A stretch of 64,000 nt of DNA from Zygnema circumcarinatum SAG 698-1b (taxonomy: Eukaryota > Plantae > Zygnematophyceae), in contig CM074818.1 of NCBI GenBank assembly GCA_037447605.1, forward strand, positions 942,617-1,006,616, in the 5' to 3' direction. A program made the translations under genes and the position numbers. Numbering within the stretch: the first letter of the stretch is position 1; each line of letters starts with the position of its first letter. This document shows positions 12,528 through 23,945 of the stretch, one piece after another. The notes beneath the pieces were generated by a model. The model saw nothing but the letters and a program-made list of their open reading frames with translations, was not told where the DNA came from and did no database searches.

Positions 12528-14235
12528 CCTTTCCTCCCCTCACTCTCTGCCATTGACTCAAGCTTCGTTCATATCCTCAACCCTAACTCAACCCTAAACT
12601 CTCCACACTCACTTTGGAACTCTGAACCCTAACACGTTTGTTTTTTTTTAAAAGCGCTTAAAACCCTCCCAAGTTGTGAACCCTAAACCCTCTGACGTAA
12701 GCCCTAAACTTTGTCCGCCTCTGCAGGCATGTGGCCGGGGGGGCGGAGTGAACTCCAAATCAAACTTTTGTCGAGCATCCTTCTGGTGAGGGGGGGAGGG
12801 GGGGGGAGGGCAGAAGTGGGTATTTTTCTGGGTTTTTAAGGTTTCTGGGTATGAAGGTTTTTGAGGCTTTTGGGGGTGTCTCTCTCTATCTCCCTCTCTC
12901 TCTCTATCTCTCTCTCGCTCTCGCTCTCTTTCCCTCTCTCTCTGTCTGTGTTTGTGCGGTGATTTTTGGCTTTTGCATCATAAGTTTCTTCGGAACTTCA
13001 CTCATCAGGAAGCATTTAATTGATCGACCCGTTTTGAAATAATTTTTGGCCTTGGAAATTTAGCTCATCAATTTCAAGTTCATTCCATATTTGACTTACG
13101 AGTAATTTTTGGCCGGCGCAGGTTGGCGGAGGAGCCAATTTGAAGGGGCTGGCTGCCTTCCTTGAACAGAGGTGCACCTCTCTCCCTCTCCCCCCCTCTC
13201 TCTCTCTCATCTCTCCCGCTCTTTCTCCCTTCCTCTCTCCTCCCCTCCCTCCCTCCCACTCTCCCCCTCTCCCCCTCTCCCCCCTTTCCCCCCTCGACCC
13301 TTCTGAAACTGGGAAACCCTAACGTTCCACAAACCCTAAAATCACATCCCTCTCTAAATTTCTAAAACCCCAAAAGGTCAAAAGGCTTGAAATCTGAGAT
13401 TTTTACACCGTCGGATGCTGCCACGTGGCAGAATCACGGAGAGCCTGCCCCCCAACGTCGCCATAAATCCCGTTGAGGTATTTGATTCCTTCTCGTCGCT
13501 GTCGAAATTTTCTGAGGGTGCCCCGCCAAGTTTAGGTTTAGGTTTAGGTTTATGCTCAATATCGAGATGAAGCGAAAAAAATAATGAATGAACGAATTGA
13601 AAATAAAAAGAAAAGTTAAAACGAAACACGAGAAACTGGAAACTGGGCCAAAGCCTAAAATTGTTTAATCTGTAGAATAGACAAAAGCAGTTTGTTTTTG
13701 TTTTTTTTAAACCCTAAAGCTTAAACCTTAAAACCTAAACCCTTAGAAATGTGACGCTGCGTGCAGGTGCTGCCCTGCCGGCACAAACCGGAACTCGTCT
13801 CATGGAAAGGCGGCGCAGTGAGTCGCCGAAAAACCTTAAACCCTAAAGGCCTCTTTAGAACCCTTTTGAGATTCCGAAACATAAAAGAACCTTGAGAAAG
13901 AATAAATAAAATTATGTAAAGAAAATGTAAATGGAAGCTTCCTCCAGTGCTTTACAACAGGTTCAATGCACCTTGAATTGCTCAACAATTGGCAGTCACG
14001 TTTTTTCGTTTCCTTTTTTTTTTCCTTCGTTTTTACCGCGTTCAGGTTTTTCGGGTTAAACCTGGTTGAATTGTTGGTGGTGCAGGTTTTGGGGGTTTTG
14101 GACTTTTCCCGCGAGGCGTGGGTTCAGAGGGAGGAGTGGGCCGAGGGCGGGGCCCGCCCGGGGACGGCGCGGAGGTACCGCGAGAGCGCCTCCATGCAGA
14201 GCCAGTTGTACTGCTACGCCGCCACGCTCGACTGA
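2224..14235 (+). CDS. ARP9: Actin-related protein 9 (plant ARP9, yeast Arp8/INO80-type), 18 exons, ~551 aa
   Basis: Phase-consistent GT-AG exons: 2224-2311, 3069-3202, 3696-3752, 4237-4302, 4526-4598, 4905-5077, 5490-5610, 5791-5852, 6038-6127, 9435-9600, 10249-10340, 10502-10569, 10999-11108, one of 11539-11597/12727-12785, one of 12091-12140/13122-13171, 13432-13477, 13767-13817, 14086-14235 (1656 nt). Peptides [100 protein letters not shown] follow the Arabidopsis ARP9 sequence as I recall it. Acceptors of exons 6 and 10 are uncertain. Confidence 0.9.
2715..2880. repeat. (ATGC/ATAC)n microsatellite, ARP9 intron 1
   Basis: Read directly. Confidence 0.9.
3775..4085. repeat. CT-rich minisatellite (CTCCTCGCCCTACTCTCG core, ~40-bp period), ARP9 intron 3
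   Basis: The core recurs about 7 times. Confidence 0.85.
5084..5299. repeat. (CCAA)n / CCAG microsatellite directly after the ARP9 exon 6 donor
   Basis: Read directly. Confidence 0.95.
6488..9434. repeat. (CCCCTAG)n satellite with variants CCCCTGG, CTCCCTAG, CCCCTGGACCCTAG, CCCACAGACCCTAG; fills ARP9 intron 9
   Basis: Read directly; about 2.9 kb, roughly 390 units, with higher-order blocks of ~85-112 bp near 9020-9430. Confidence 0.97.
11114..13210 (+). repeat. Tandem segmental repeat containing ARP9 exons (3 copies of the VGGGA exon, 2 copies of the RSELQIKLL exon)
   Basis: The block starting TTTAATTGATCGACCCG recurs at ~11114, ~11985 and ~13016. Copies differ mainly in CT-tract length. 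Confidence 0.9.
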
Positions 14236-15951
14236 ACGGACGGGACGGCGCGGATGTGCATGGAACAGGCCCCTTGTAAAAAGCCAATGTGAAAGCAGTT
14301 CTGTTGAACGGCCGTTCCGGACCGCGCTCTGTGTTCTATGTGTGCGGTCGGCGCATGGGATGGGGGCATGGCACGGCATGGCATGGATGGGGGCATGCAT
14401 GGCATGGGCTCAGTGTCCGCGTTATGCATGGTACGTATGCTGTCAGAAATCGCGTCATTTGAAGCTAGCCATCAATTTTTTATAGATTTATTTTACGGTA
14501 ATCGAATTGCGCATATTTTACTTCCGGATGACGTCAGAATTACGTCAACTAGTGGATTAAAGCATACCATAGATACGCGCCTCGACAGTTTACTTCAATA
14601 TTTCCAGCTTGGCGTCAGTGCGCGTCACATTGTTGAGGGTGACGTATGCGAGAACGACCAGGAGGCAGCCGATACACAGACGACATCGCAATTCCGATAT
14701 GTAAATATTCCACCGATATATCCGTACACGTAATGCCCAGCACCTATCACGCGCTGACACGTGTCCCGCGGTTCTCCGCTCGAACGCATTTCCGAACCGT
14801 CCCCGAGTCTCAGCCAGAATTTGAACCAAGCGATCGGCCGTACAGGTGGGTCCATCCGTACCGTACGGCTTCACCGACTCCGACGGCTGGAAATTGCCAA
14901 AAGGGATATTTTTGGACGAGCACGCGTCCGTACGGCCATGCAGTCCCTAACAGGCTGGCGCCGACCAGATCTGCCAGCCGGACAGATATGCCGTACCAAC
15001 TTTTGGAGCTACTGGGGATGAGCTGGCACCACTTTTGGCAGCATTAGAGACTTCTGCGAGAAGCGGTGGTACGAAATTTAGGGCGCAATAAATATTCTCG
15101 TTAATAAACTTTGTCCTTTGAGAACGTGACGATAAATTGGCAACAGGTAGCCGACAAATAGTGTTGTCGTTTCTGTGTTCCGCGCTCCGCGTGCCACTTG
15201 TCGGCAAGTCGCTAGTCACTCGATAAGGACCAAATCTGGGGACGAATCAGCACCGACATGCTAGTACAATTCGTAAGATTATTTTGTCCTCACAAGCTGA
15301 AAGTCAACCGCGGCCAAATAAACCGCCCCGCGTCCTTTAAATGACGAAAAATATAATCTTGGCCTCGTACGGCTAGGTCTACAAGTTGATCTCACGGATC
15401 CTTCGATGCCATCAGATGTTTAACTAAGAATAATGCGAAAATTAACCCATGAGCGGATCTTCCGGATTTGGATCCACTGCCCGTTGGGTGTCAGATTGCA
15501 CGGCAGTCAAAGTAGCTGACGTAGCCGAGTGCCAGCTGGTCCCCTGGGCAGATATCACGATTCTAAAATGTTTCTGCTCGGACCAATTAAGAGGTCACTT
15601 AATTGCCCAGATCTAGTTGCCCACATTAATTGTCCAAATTTAATTGCTCAAATTTGAATTGGCCCAAGTTCAACGGTCCAATCACAGGGGCCACAGCGCC
15701 GCAGTTGGCCGCTACACGACAAAAGTGAACCTTCAGCGCCAGCTCGCTGCGCCTGGCTGTTTCCATGCGTTCAGTTTTCTTCACATAATTTTCCGACCAC
15801 GTGGTGAACTGTGAGACATAGATCGGACGGAAACCGTTAAAACGCCGAGCCGCTCGCCAAGCGACAAAAAACCGTCACGAGCGGTTTTAACCCGTACGGT
15901 CATTTTCCGTACGAGTGGCAAATCGCTGAGTCGGGATTTGGGAAATACGCA

Positions 15952-16521
15952 TAAAACCGAACAGGTTGAGAAAAAAAAGATTTTGGCTTCTCAAAAAAAA
16001 GAAAACCTTTTTACCATTTTCTCAAGAAATATAAAAACCCCAGATTTGTGAACAGAATTACAGTAATTTTGAGAAATGAGAAATGAATTCCTATTCTTTT
16101 TTCTAAATATGTTTTCTTTGGAGAACCAATTGAACCTTGAACAATTAATTACCGTTCGTGCTCAATTTGAATTTTGATTGGGTCCACCGATCAACAATGA
16201 AGTTTTTGGCGGATCGCAAAGCGCGTGGGCCCGGCTGTCCGTGCATAAATTGTTGATCTGCTTCCGAGAAGAGTCCTACAGTACTGACAAAATGACGCCG
16301 GGGTTAACCGGATCCCTCGAATCGTACGAAACCAACGTGGCAAAAAGTGGAATCCACAAGTGCGACCGAACTTATTCTTTGAACATTTATTTTTTAACTT
16401 TTCACATTCTTAAATCGAAAAAGTTTCGACCTCGAGTATTCAAAGTTCAATCCTATTCAATAAGATTGAGAATTGAAAAATTGTGAAACAGTTTCACAAT
16501 TTCTCAACCTGTTCGGTTTTA
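15952..16521. mobile_element. MITE-like non-autonomous DNA element with 22-bp terminal inverted repeats
   Basis: TAAAACCGAACAGGTTGAGAAA (15952-15973) and TTTCTCAACCTGTTCGGTTTTA (16500-16521) are perfect reverse complements. The interior is AT-rich and non-coding. The outer TA dinucleotides may be a TA target-site duplication. Confidence 0.6.
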
Positions 16522-16789
16522 CGGATAAATAATTTCAGAAAAATTAAAATCCGGCGGAGAGTGATGAGCGCATGGTCATGTCATGGACCGCGCCATGCAT
16601 GGAATCGCAACGACCAATGGGAGAGCACATGAGCACGTGTGAACCTCCAGCTCCCTTACGCTATCCGCGCAACCTTGTTTTTCGTCGTCGTTTGGCGTCG
16701 CATCGGCTTCCTTACTCTCGTCCTCTCCCTCCCCCCTCTCTCTCTCTCTCTCCCCCTCTCCCGCTCTCTCTCTTCTTCCCCCCACCACC

Positions 16790-19700
16790 ATGGCTCCGTC
16801 CGAAGGCCCCTTCCGAGCCACGACCACTCCCCGCCTCCTCCCCTCCCGCAACCACCTTCCCTCGCTCCCGCCCGCACTCCCTTCCACTTCCCCATCCCTC
16901 TCTCTCTCCTCTCTCCCTTCCTCTTCTCTCTCCCCTTCGCCCTTCGCATCCTCTCCCTCCTCCCACTCTCCCTCCTCCCTCCCTCTCTCATTCTCCTCTC
17001 CTTCCTCCCTCCCTCCGTTCCATTCTCGCTCTAAGTCCGATGTTCTCACTGAATGGGACTCTGCTCCCCCCCCGGAGGCGCCCCCCATGGCTGCCACGTC
17101 GCTCCACCCACGCTCCCTCTGTGAGAAAGGAGAGGGAGCGAGTTTGGAGGTGGGGGAGAGAGAGGAGAGCGAGAAGAGAGAGGAGGGGAGAGAAGAGAGA
17201 GAGGAGAGGGAGGCGCTGCAGCCCTCCCTCTATCGCTCTCTCACGGAGGCTCCGCGGTCCGCCGCTCGGTTCCACCAGACGGGCTTCTTCTCGCTCTCAA
17301 GGTCAAGGAAGTCAACGAAGTCAACGGATTCAGCGAAGTCAGGGAAGTCGTTAAGGTCAGCGGAATCAACGAAGTCGAGGCAGACGGAGACGGAGAGGAA
17401 GGACGAAGTGCAGGAGGAGACGAACGGCGGCTCCATGTGGAGTATAGCCGAACAGTTTCCGTCGCGCACAACGGACGACCTGGAGTCCGTCAGTTCCAGC
17501 ATGGACCGCCGCAAATTCTCCGAGCCCACGTGTCTCCCCGTGTCCACGTGGCTGCGGTGGGCGCCGCGAGCCAGGCAGACGGCCATGTCTGGGGGGGGGG
17601 GAAGGGAGAAGGGGAGAGGGAGCGAGAGAGAGAGGGAGAGGGAGAGAGAGAGGGAGAGAGAGAGGGAGAGAGAGANNNNNNNNNNGAGAGGGAGAGAGAG
17701 AGGGAGAGAGAGAGGGAGAGAGAGAGGGAGAGAGAGAGGGAAAGAGAGAGGGAGAGAGAGAGGGAGAGAGAGAGGGAGTGGGAGAGGGAGAGGGAGGGAG
17801 AAAGAGAGAGGGAGAGAGAGAGGGAGAAGGAGAGGGAGGGAGAGAGAGAGAGGGAGAGAGAGAGGGAGAGAGAGAGGGAGAGAGGGAGGGAGAGAGAAAG
17901 GGGGAGAGAGAGGGAGAGGGAGAGGGAGCGAGAGAGGGAGAGGGTTATGGACGCATTCCATTGTCGAATAGGAGAGAAGGGAGAGAGTAGAGGCAGTGGT
18001 GGTAGTTTTGAGGCTTTCGACTGCAGCGGCAGTGGCGGTCTGAACTTGCACAGCTCGAGGAGCAGCGGCAGCCATGGCGGCCCCGCGCTGAGCCCGAGGG
18101 AGGAGGAGCGCTGGCCCGCGCGGCTGAGCGACGAAGAGCGCGACGAGGGGGCCGCCACGCCAGGTGAGGGGCGGGGTCTGGGGTTCAGGGTTTATGGTTT
18201 GGGTTGAGGGTTGAAAGTTGAGGGTTAAGCGTTCAGGGTTCAGGGTTTCGGGTTTAGGGCTCAGGGTTCAGGGTTTAGGTTTAGGGTTCAGGGTTTAGGG
18301 TTTGGGTTTAGGGTGTAGGGTTTAAGGGCTATGGGGGGCTGGGGGGGAGTTTCGGGAGGTTTTTTGCCTTAGGTGTTTTGGTTTTTGGTTTCGCTTTGTG
18401 GGGTTTTTGCTGCTCGTTCCGCACATCGACTTTATTTCCGTCCTCGCTCCCATCGTTTTTCTTTCCCCTTTCTTTTTTTTTTTTTTTTTAATTTTCCGCA
18501 CATGCCCCTGTTTGGGCGAAGCCCGCTCCAAAAGCTTCGGTTTAGGCACCACTCGCATACTACCCTCTCTCCAAAATGTCACAAATCTAAATTTGCGCTA
18601 AAAATATTTACCCTCTTGTTACCAATCTTACTATGCTGGCGTAAGCATATAGGTGGCTTCAGGGTACAGTGACGTCAGTCTGAAGAGCTTTCTTCCACGT
18701 GGCGTCTGAGCCAGGTGCCACGTGTCAGGGACTTGGGCCTCGCCCGGCCGGCAATCGTTGTCGCGCAGCGGAGACCGATCGTTTCACCTGCGCTGCCGGC
18801 CGGCCACCAGCCTGTCTTTTGTCGTTTTATCATGTTACTCGCCGCTGATTGGATGATCGTTCCCGCGTCGCGGGGCGGTTTGTCGGTTTTTGTACGGCAC
18901 CGACCAGAGTATCACTGGCATTTGTTGTTTGTACAGTTTTTCTTACAGAAAAGTACAAGCTAGTTTTACGCACTTTCGTAAGGTTCGTCCAATTGAGATT
19001 GTACGGTCTCACCAGGTGCGAATCCTGGCCGTCGGATCAGGACAGATCGTACGGTCAGGTGATTTAAGCTGTATGCTGACATGGCGGGAGCTGAATGGTC
19101 AGAGTTGGCGGTTGTCGGCACGTCGGCAGGTGACGGGGCCACTCCCTGTGCGACACGTGCTCCTCGTCCGTATGAATTTCGTACGGACGCGTGCAGGGGA
19201 ATTTGGCAGGAGAGTTTGGAATGCCCAAAACGGCGACTGTTACCCGTACAGTTTCAGTTACTGTGCCGCGCTGTCACATGTGCGCACAACGGGACTTGTC
19301 ACCGTTGAACTGACCGGCCAGAGTGTAAATCCGCCACTCTAGATCCCAGGTGGAAACTTGGGAAAGGCCCGAGTTTATGCCGTACAAACTGACCGTACCG
19401 TCGTTCTAACCTGGCCATGTTTGGACTCTTGAGCCCTTGAAACTTCATGCCTTTGGGTTGTTGTTCCCATGTTCGTTGTTCCAACTCATGGATAGACAGG
19501 TCATGACTCCTGGCTCCCCAAAACACTGAACCCTGAGCCCTGGGCCCTGAGCCCTTTGCCCTGAGCCCTTTGCCCTGAGCCCTTTGCCCTGAGCCCTTTG
19601 CCCTTTGCCCTTTGCCCTTTGCCCTTTGCCCTTTGCCCTTTGCCCTTTGCCCTTTGCCCTTTGCCCTTTGCCCTGAGCCCTGAGCCCTTGCCCTGAGCCC

Positions 19701-22700
19701 TGAGCCCTTTGCCCTTTGCCCTTTGCCCTTTGCCCTTTGCCCTTTGCCCTTTGCCCTTACCTTTCCCTTCCTTTACCCTGCCCCTCTCCCTTTCCCCTTC
19801 CCCTTCCCCTCCCTCTCTCCCTCTCCTTTTCCTTTACTTTTGCCTTTTGCCTTTACCTTTGCTGAGTATAGAAATGCAAATACTAAATTTTAAATATAAA
19901 TCTAAATCTAAATGCTAAATACTAAATTTATAAATATAAATACTAAATCTAATGCTAAATACTGATGCTAAATGCTAAATCTAAAGTCTAAAATATGAAC
20001 CTGAGTGCTAAATACTAAAAATTCTAAATATAAATACTAAATTTTTGAATATAAATATAAATACTAAATGCTGAATCTCTGAATACTGAGTCTGGGAGTC
20101 TGATCTGAGCCCTGAGCCCTGAGCCCTGAGCCCTGAGCCCTTTGCCCTGAGCCCTGGCCTCTGCCCCGGCGGCCTTGCAGGGCGCGTGTTCTGCGCGGCG
20201 GCCTCCCCCGACCTGTGGTCCGCGGACCAGCGCTGCCGCTTCCGGGCAACGGAGACGCCCAGTCGCACGCCGCCACGTCTACAGGGCCTCGAGATGATGC
20301 GCCCCTCCTCCCCCTCCCACAATGTGCCGCACATGCAAGGTCCACATGTGTCACCGTCCTCATTCACCATCATCATGCATTGTAGCTACTATCATCATCT
20401 CTCTCATTGTTATCAAACCCCTCAATAGACTCATTCCATTGCAGTACCCCTAAGCCAGATCCCTGGGACCCTAGGCATCAGGGACTGCATGTTATTGCAC
20501 AATGAGGGAAGATCATGTCCCTGCTCCTCTCTCTCCTTCTTCCTCCCTCTCTCTCCTCTCCTCTCCTCTCTCCTCTGTCCCTTCCTCTCCTCTCCTCTCC
20601 CTCTCCTCTCCTCTCCCTCTCCCTCCCCTTCCCTCCTCCCTCTCCCTCTCCTTCTCCTCTCCCTCTCCCTTCCTCTCCCTCTCCCTCTCCCTCTCCCTCT
20701 CCCTCTCCCTCCCTCCTCTCCTCTCCCTCTCCCTCTCCCTCTCCTCTCCCTCTCCCTCTCCCTCTTCCTCTCTCTCCTTCTTCCCTCTCCTCTTCCCTCT
20801 CCCTCTCTCCTCCTCTCCCTCTCCCTCTCCCTCTCCTCTCCTTCTCCCTCTCCCTCTCCTCTCCCTCTCCCTCTCCCTCTCCCTCTCCCTCTCTCTCCCT
20901 CTCCCTCTCCTCTCTCTCCTCTCCCTCTTCCCTCTCCCTCTCCCTCTCCCTCTCCTTCTCCTCTCCCTCTCCTCTCCCTCTCTCTCCTCTCCCTCTCCTT
21001 CCCTCTCCCTCTCCCTCTCCCTCTCCTCTCCTCCCTCTCCTCTCTCCCTCTCCCTCTCCTCTCCTCTCCCTCTCCTCTCCTCTCCTCTCCTTCTCCTCTC
21101 CCTCTCCCTCTCCCTCTCCCTCTCCCTTCTCCCTCTCCCTCTCCCTCTCCTCTCTCTCTCCTCTCCCTCTCCCTCTCCCTCTCCCTCTCCCTCTCCCTCT
21201 CCCTCTCCCTCTCCCTCTCCCTCTCCCCTCTCCTCTCCCTCTCCCTCTCCCTCTCCCTCTCCTTCTCCCTCTCCCTCTCCTCTCCCTCTCCCTCTCCCTC
21301 TCCCTCTCCCTCTCCCTCTCCCTGTCCTCTCCCTCTCCCTCTCCCTCTCCCTCTCCCTCTCCTCCTCCCTCTCCTTCTCCCTCTCCCTCTCCCTCTCCCT
21401 CTCCCTCTCCCTCTCCCTCTCCTCTCCTCCCTTCCCTCTCCCTCTCCCTCTCCCTCTCCCTCTCCCTCTCCCTCTCCCTCTCCCTCTCCCTCTCCCTCTC
21501 CCTCTCCTCTCCCTCTCCCTCTCCCTCTCCCTCTCTCCCTCTCTCCTCTCCCTCCCTCTCCCTCTCCCTCTCCCTCTCCCTCTCCTCTCCTCTCCTCTCC
21601 CTCTCCCTCTCCCTCTCCCTCTCTCTCTCTCCCTCTCCCTCCTCCCTCTCCTTCTCCCTCTCCCTCTCCCTCTCCCTCTCCCTCTCCCTCTCCCTCTCCC
21701 TCTCCCTCTCCCTCTCCCTCTCCCTCTCTCCTCCCTCTCCCTCTCCCTCTCTCTCCCTCTCCCTCTCCCTCCCTCTCCCTCTCTCCCTCCCTCTCCCTCT
21801 CTCTCCCTCTCCTTCTCCTGTCCCTCTCTCTCTCTCCCTCTCCCTCTCCTTCCTCTCCCTCTCCTCTCCCTCTCCCTCTCCCTCTCCCTCTCCCTCCCTC
21901 TCCCTCTCCTCTCCCTCTCCTCTCCCTCTCCCTCTCCCTCTCCCTCTCCCTCTCCTCTCCCTCTCCCTCTCCCTCTCTCCCTCTCCCTCTCCCTCTCTCC
22001 TCTCCCTCTCCCTCTCCCTCCCTCTCCTCTCCCTCTCCCTCTCCTCTCCCTCTCCCTCTCCCTCCCTCTCTCCCTCTCCCTCTCCCTCTCCCTCTCCCTC
22101 TCCCTCTCCCTCTCCCTCTCCCTCTCCCTCTCCCTCCCTCTCCCTCTCCCTCTCCCTCTCCCTCTCCCTCTCCCTCTCCCTCTCCCTCTCCCTCTCCCTC
22201 TCCCTCTCCCTCTCTCCCTCCCTCTCCCTCTCCCTCTCCCTCTCCCTCTCCCTCTCCCTCTCCCTCTCCCTCCCTTCCCTCTCTCTCCCTCTCTCCTCTC
22301 CCTCTCCCTCTCCCTCTCCCTCTCCCTCTCCCTCTCCCTCTCCCTCTCCCTCTCCCTCTCCCTCTCCCTCTCCCTCTCCCTCTCCCTCTCCCTCTCCCTC
22401 TCTCTCCCTCTCCCTCTCCCTCTCCCTCTCTCCCTCTCTCCCTCTCCCTCTCCCTCTCCCTCCTCCCTCTCCCTCTCCTTCTCCCTCTCCCTCTCCCTCT
22501 CCTCTCCCTCTCCCTCCTCCCTCTCCCTCTCCCTCTCCTTCTCCTCTCCCTCTCCCTCTCCCTCTCCCTCTCCCTCTCCCTCTCCCTCCCTCTCCCTCTC
22601 CCTACCCTTCCCACCCCCTCCCCAGCCCCTCCCCTCCCACCTCACCATCCCCTCTCCATCCCCTCTCCATCCCCTCCCCACACCCACCCCAGCCCCCCCT

Positions 22701-23405
22701 GACCTCCCCATCCCCTCCCCACCCCCTCCGTCCCCCCACCTCCCCACCTCCCCCCCCCCACCTCCCCATCCCCTCCCCACCCCCTCCCCCCACCCCCCCC
22801 ACCCGCTCCCCATGCCATGCCCTATCTAACCCCCTTCCGCGTGCCCCTGTCCCTGTCCCGCAGAGGTCGCGGCCGCGGTGAGCGCGGGGCGCATGGCGGC
22901 CGCCCGCGCGCGCGTGCAGCAGGCGGGCCGCGCGGTGCTCGAGGCGCAGCAGCGCGCGGACGGCCTCGCCCGCCTCTGCGCGCGCGCGGAGCGGGACACG
23001 CGGCGCGCCCTCGCCACGCCGCCGTCCGTACGGCGGCCTGCCGATGGAAATAATTCGAGTTTTAATTTTAGTTTTAGTTCGTACGGAGGCGGCGGGAAAA
23101 AAGTACAGTCCTCAAGTATGAGCCGGCGTCACGAAGGCGATGATGACGTTGGTGATGACGTCATCGCGGTGGAGTTCTGGCGGCGGCGGACGGCGACCGA
23201 GCAGTTCGCGCGAGGCGGAAAGGTTGTACGGAAGGACGGATTCAGTAACGGAGAGGACGAGCAGGAGTCGCTGAACCGTACCCTGAGTTTGTCGCGTAGC
23301 CTGCGGCCGCGGAGGGGCGCGGGCGGGCGCCTGTTTGGGAGCGCGCGGAGGGCGGAGGGGGAGGGGAGAGGAGGAGAGGGGAGGAACGGGACGATTAGGG
23401 TTTAA
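16790..23405 (+). CDS. Hypothetical low-complexity protein of unknown family, 3 exons, ~690 aa
   Basis: Exons 16790-18163 (spans the N gap 17676-17685, where the frame switches), 20181-20339 and 22864-23405. All junctions are phase 1 and compatible (CCAG|GTGAG, TTGCAG|GG, CAAG|GTCC, CCGCAG|AG). Long stop-free non-repetitive stretches with S/E/R-rich composition and a helical-looking [27 protein letters not shown] segment. No family recognised. Confidence 0.45.
19530..20160. repeat. (GCCCTGA)/(GCCCTTT)n heptamer arrays (19530-19755, 20105-20160) around an AT-rich AAAT(A/C)CTAAAT array (19870-20090)
   Basis: Read directly; lies in intron 1 of the orphan gene. Confidence 0.9.
20520..22605. repeat. 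~2.1-kb (CTCTCC)n polypyrimidine tract, intron 2 of the orphan gene
   Basis: Almost purine-free. It generates the five spurious 727-788 aa ORFs in the track. Confidence 0.97.
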
Positions 23406-23945
23406 GGGGTGCGGTTAGGGTTTAAGGATTCTAGGGTTTAAGGGGTGCGATTACGGTTTAAGGAGTCCAGGGTTTAAGGGGTGTGATCAGGGTTCAAGGA
23501 TTCTAGGGTTTAAGGGGTGTGATCAGGGTTCAAAGAATCGAGGGTTTAAGGGGTGTGATCAGGTTTCAAGGATTCTAGGGTTTAAGGGGTATGAGCAGGG
23601 TTCAAGGATTCTAGGGTTGAAAGGGTTGTGATCAGGGTCCAAGGATTCTAGGGTTTAAGGGGTGTGATCAGGGTTTAAGGATTCTAGGGTTTAAGGGGTG
23701 TGATCAGGGTTGAAGGATTCTAGGGTTTAGGGGGTGTGATCAGGGTTTAAGGATTCTAGGGTTTAAGGGGTGTGATCAGGGTTGAAGGATTCTAGGGTTT
23801 AAGGGGTGTGATCAGGGTTGCAGGATTCTAGGGTTGAAGGGGTGTGATCAGGGGTCAAGGATTCTATGGTTTTGGGGCTGCTATTAGGGTTAAAGGATTC
23901 TAGGGTATTGGTGGTGCGATGAGGGTTTAAGGATTCTAGGGTTTA
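23397..23945. repeat. 36-bp minisatellite GGGTTTAAGGGGTGTGATCAGGGTTCAAGGATTCTA, ~15 copies
   Basis: Read directly; begins at the orphan gene's stop codon. Confidence 0.92.

Noticed and set aside
20431-22881. Five 727-788 aa ORFs (LPLS/EGRG repeats)
   Set aside because: They are stop-free read-throughs of a (CTCTCC)n tract inside an intron; the same applies to most other ORF-track entries over CT/GA, CCAA, GCAT and GGCAT repeats.
23397-23945. Regular 36-bp periodicity resembling a CRISPR array
   Set aside because: No unique spacers, no cas genes, eukaryotic context.
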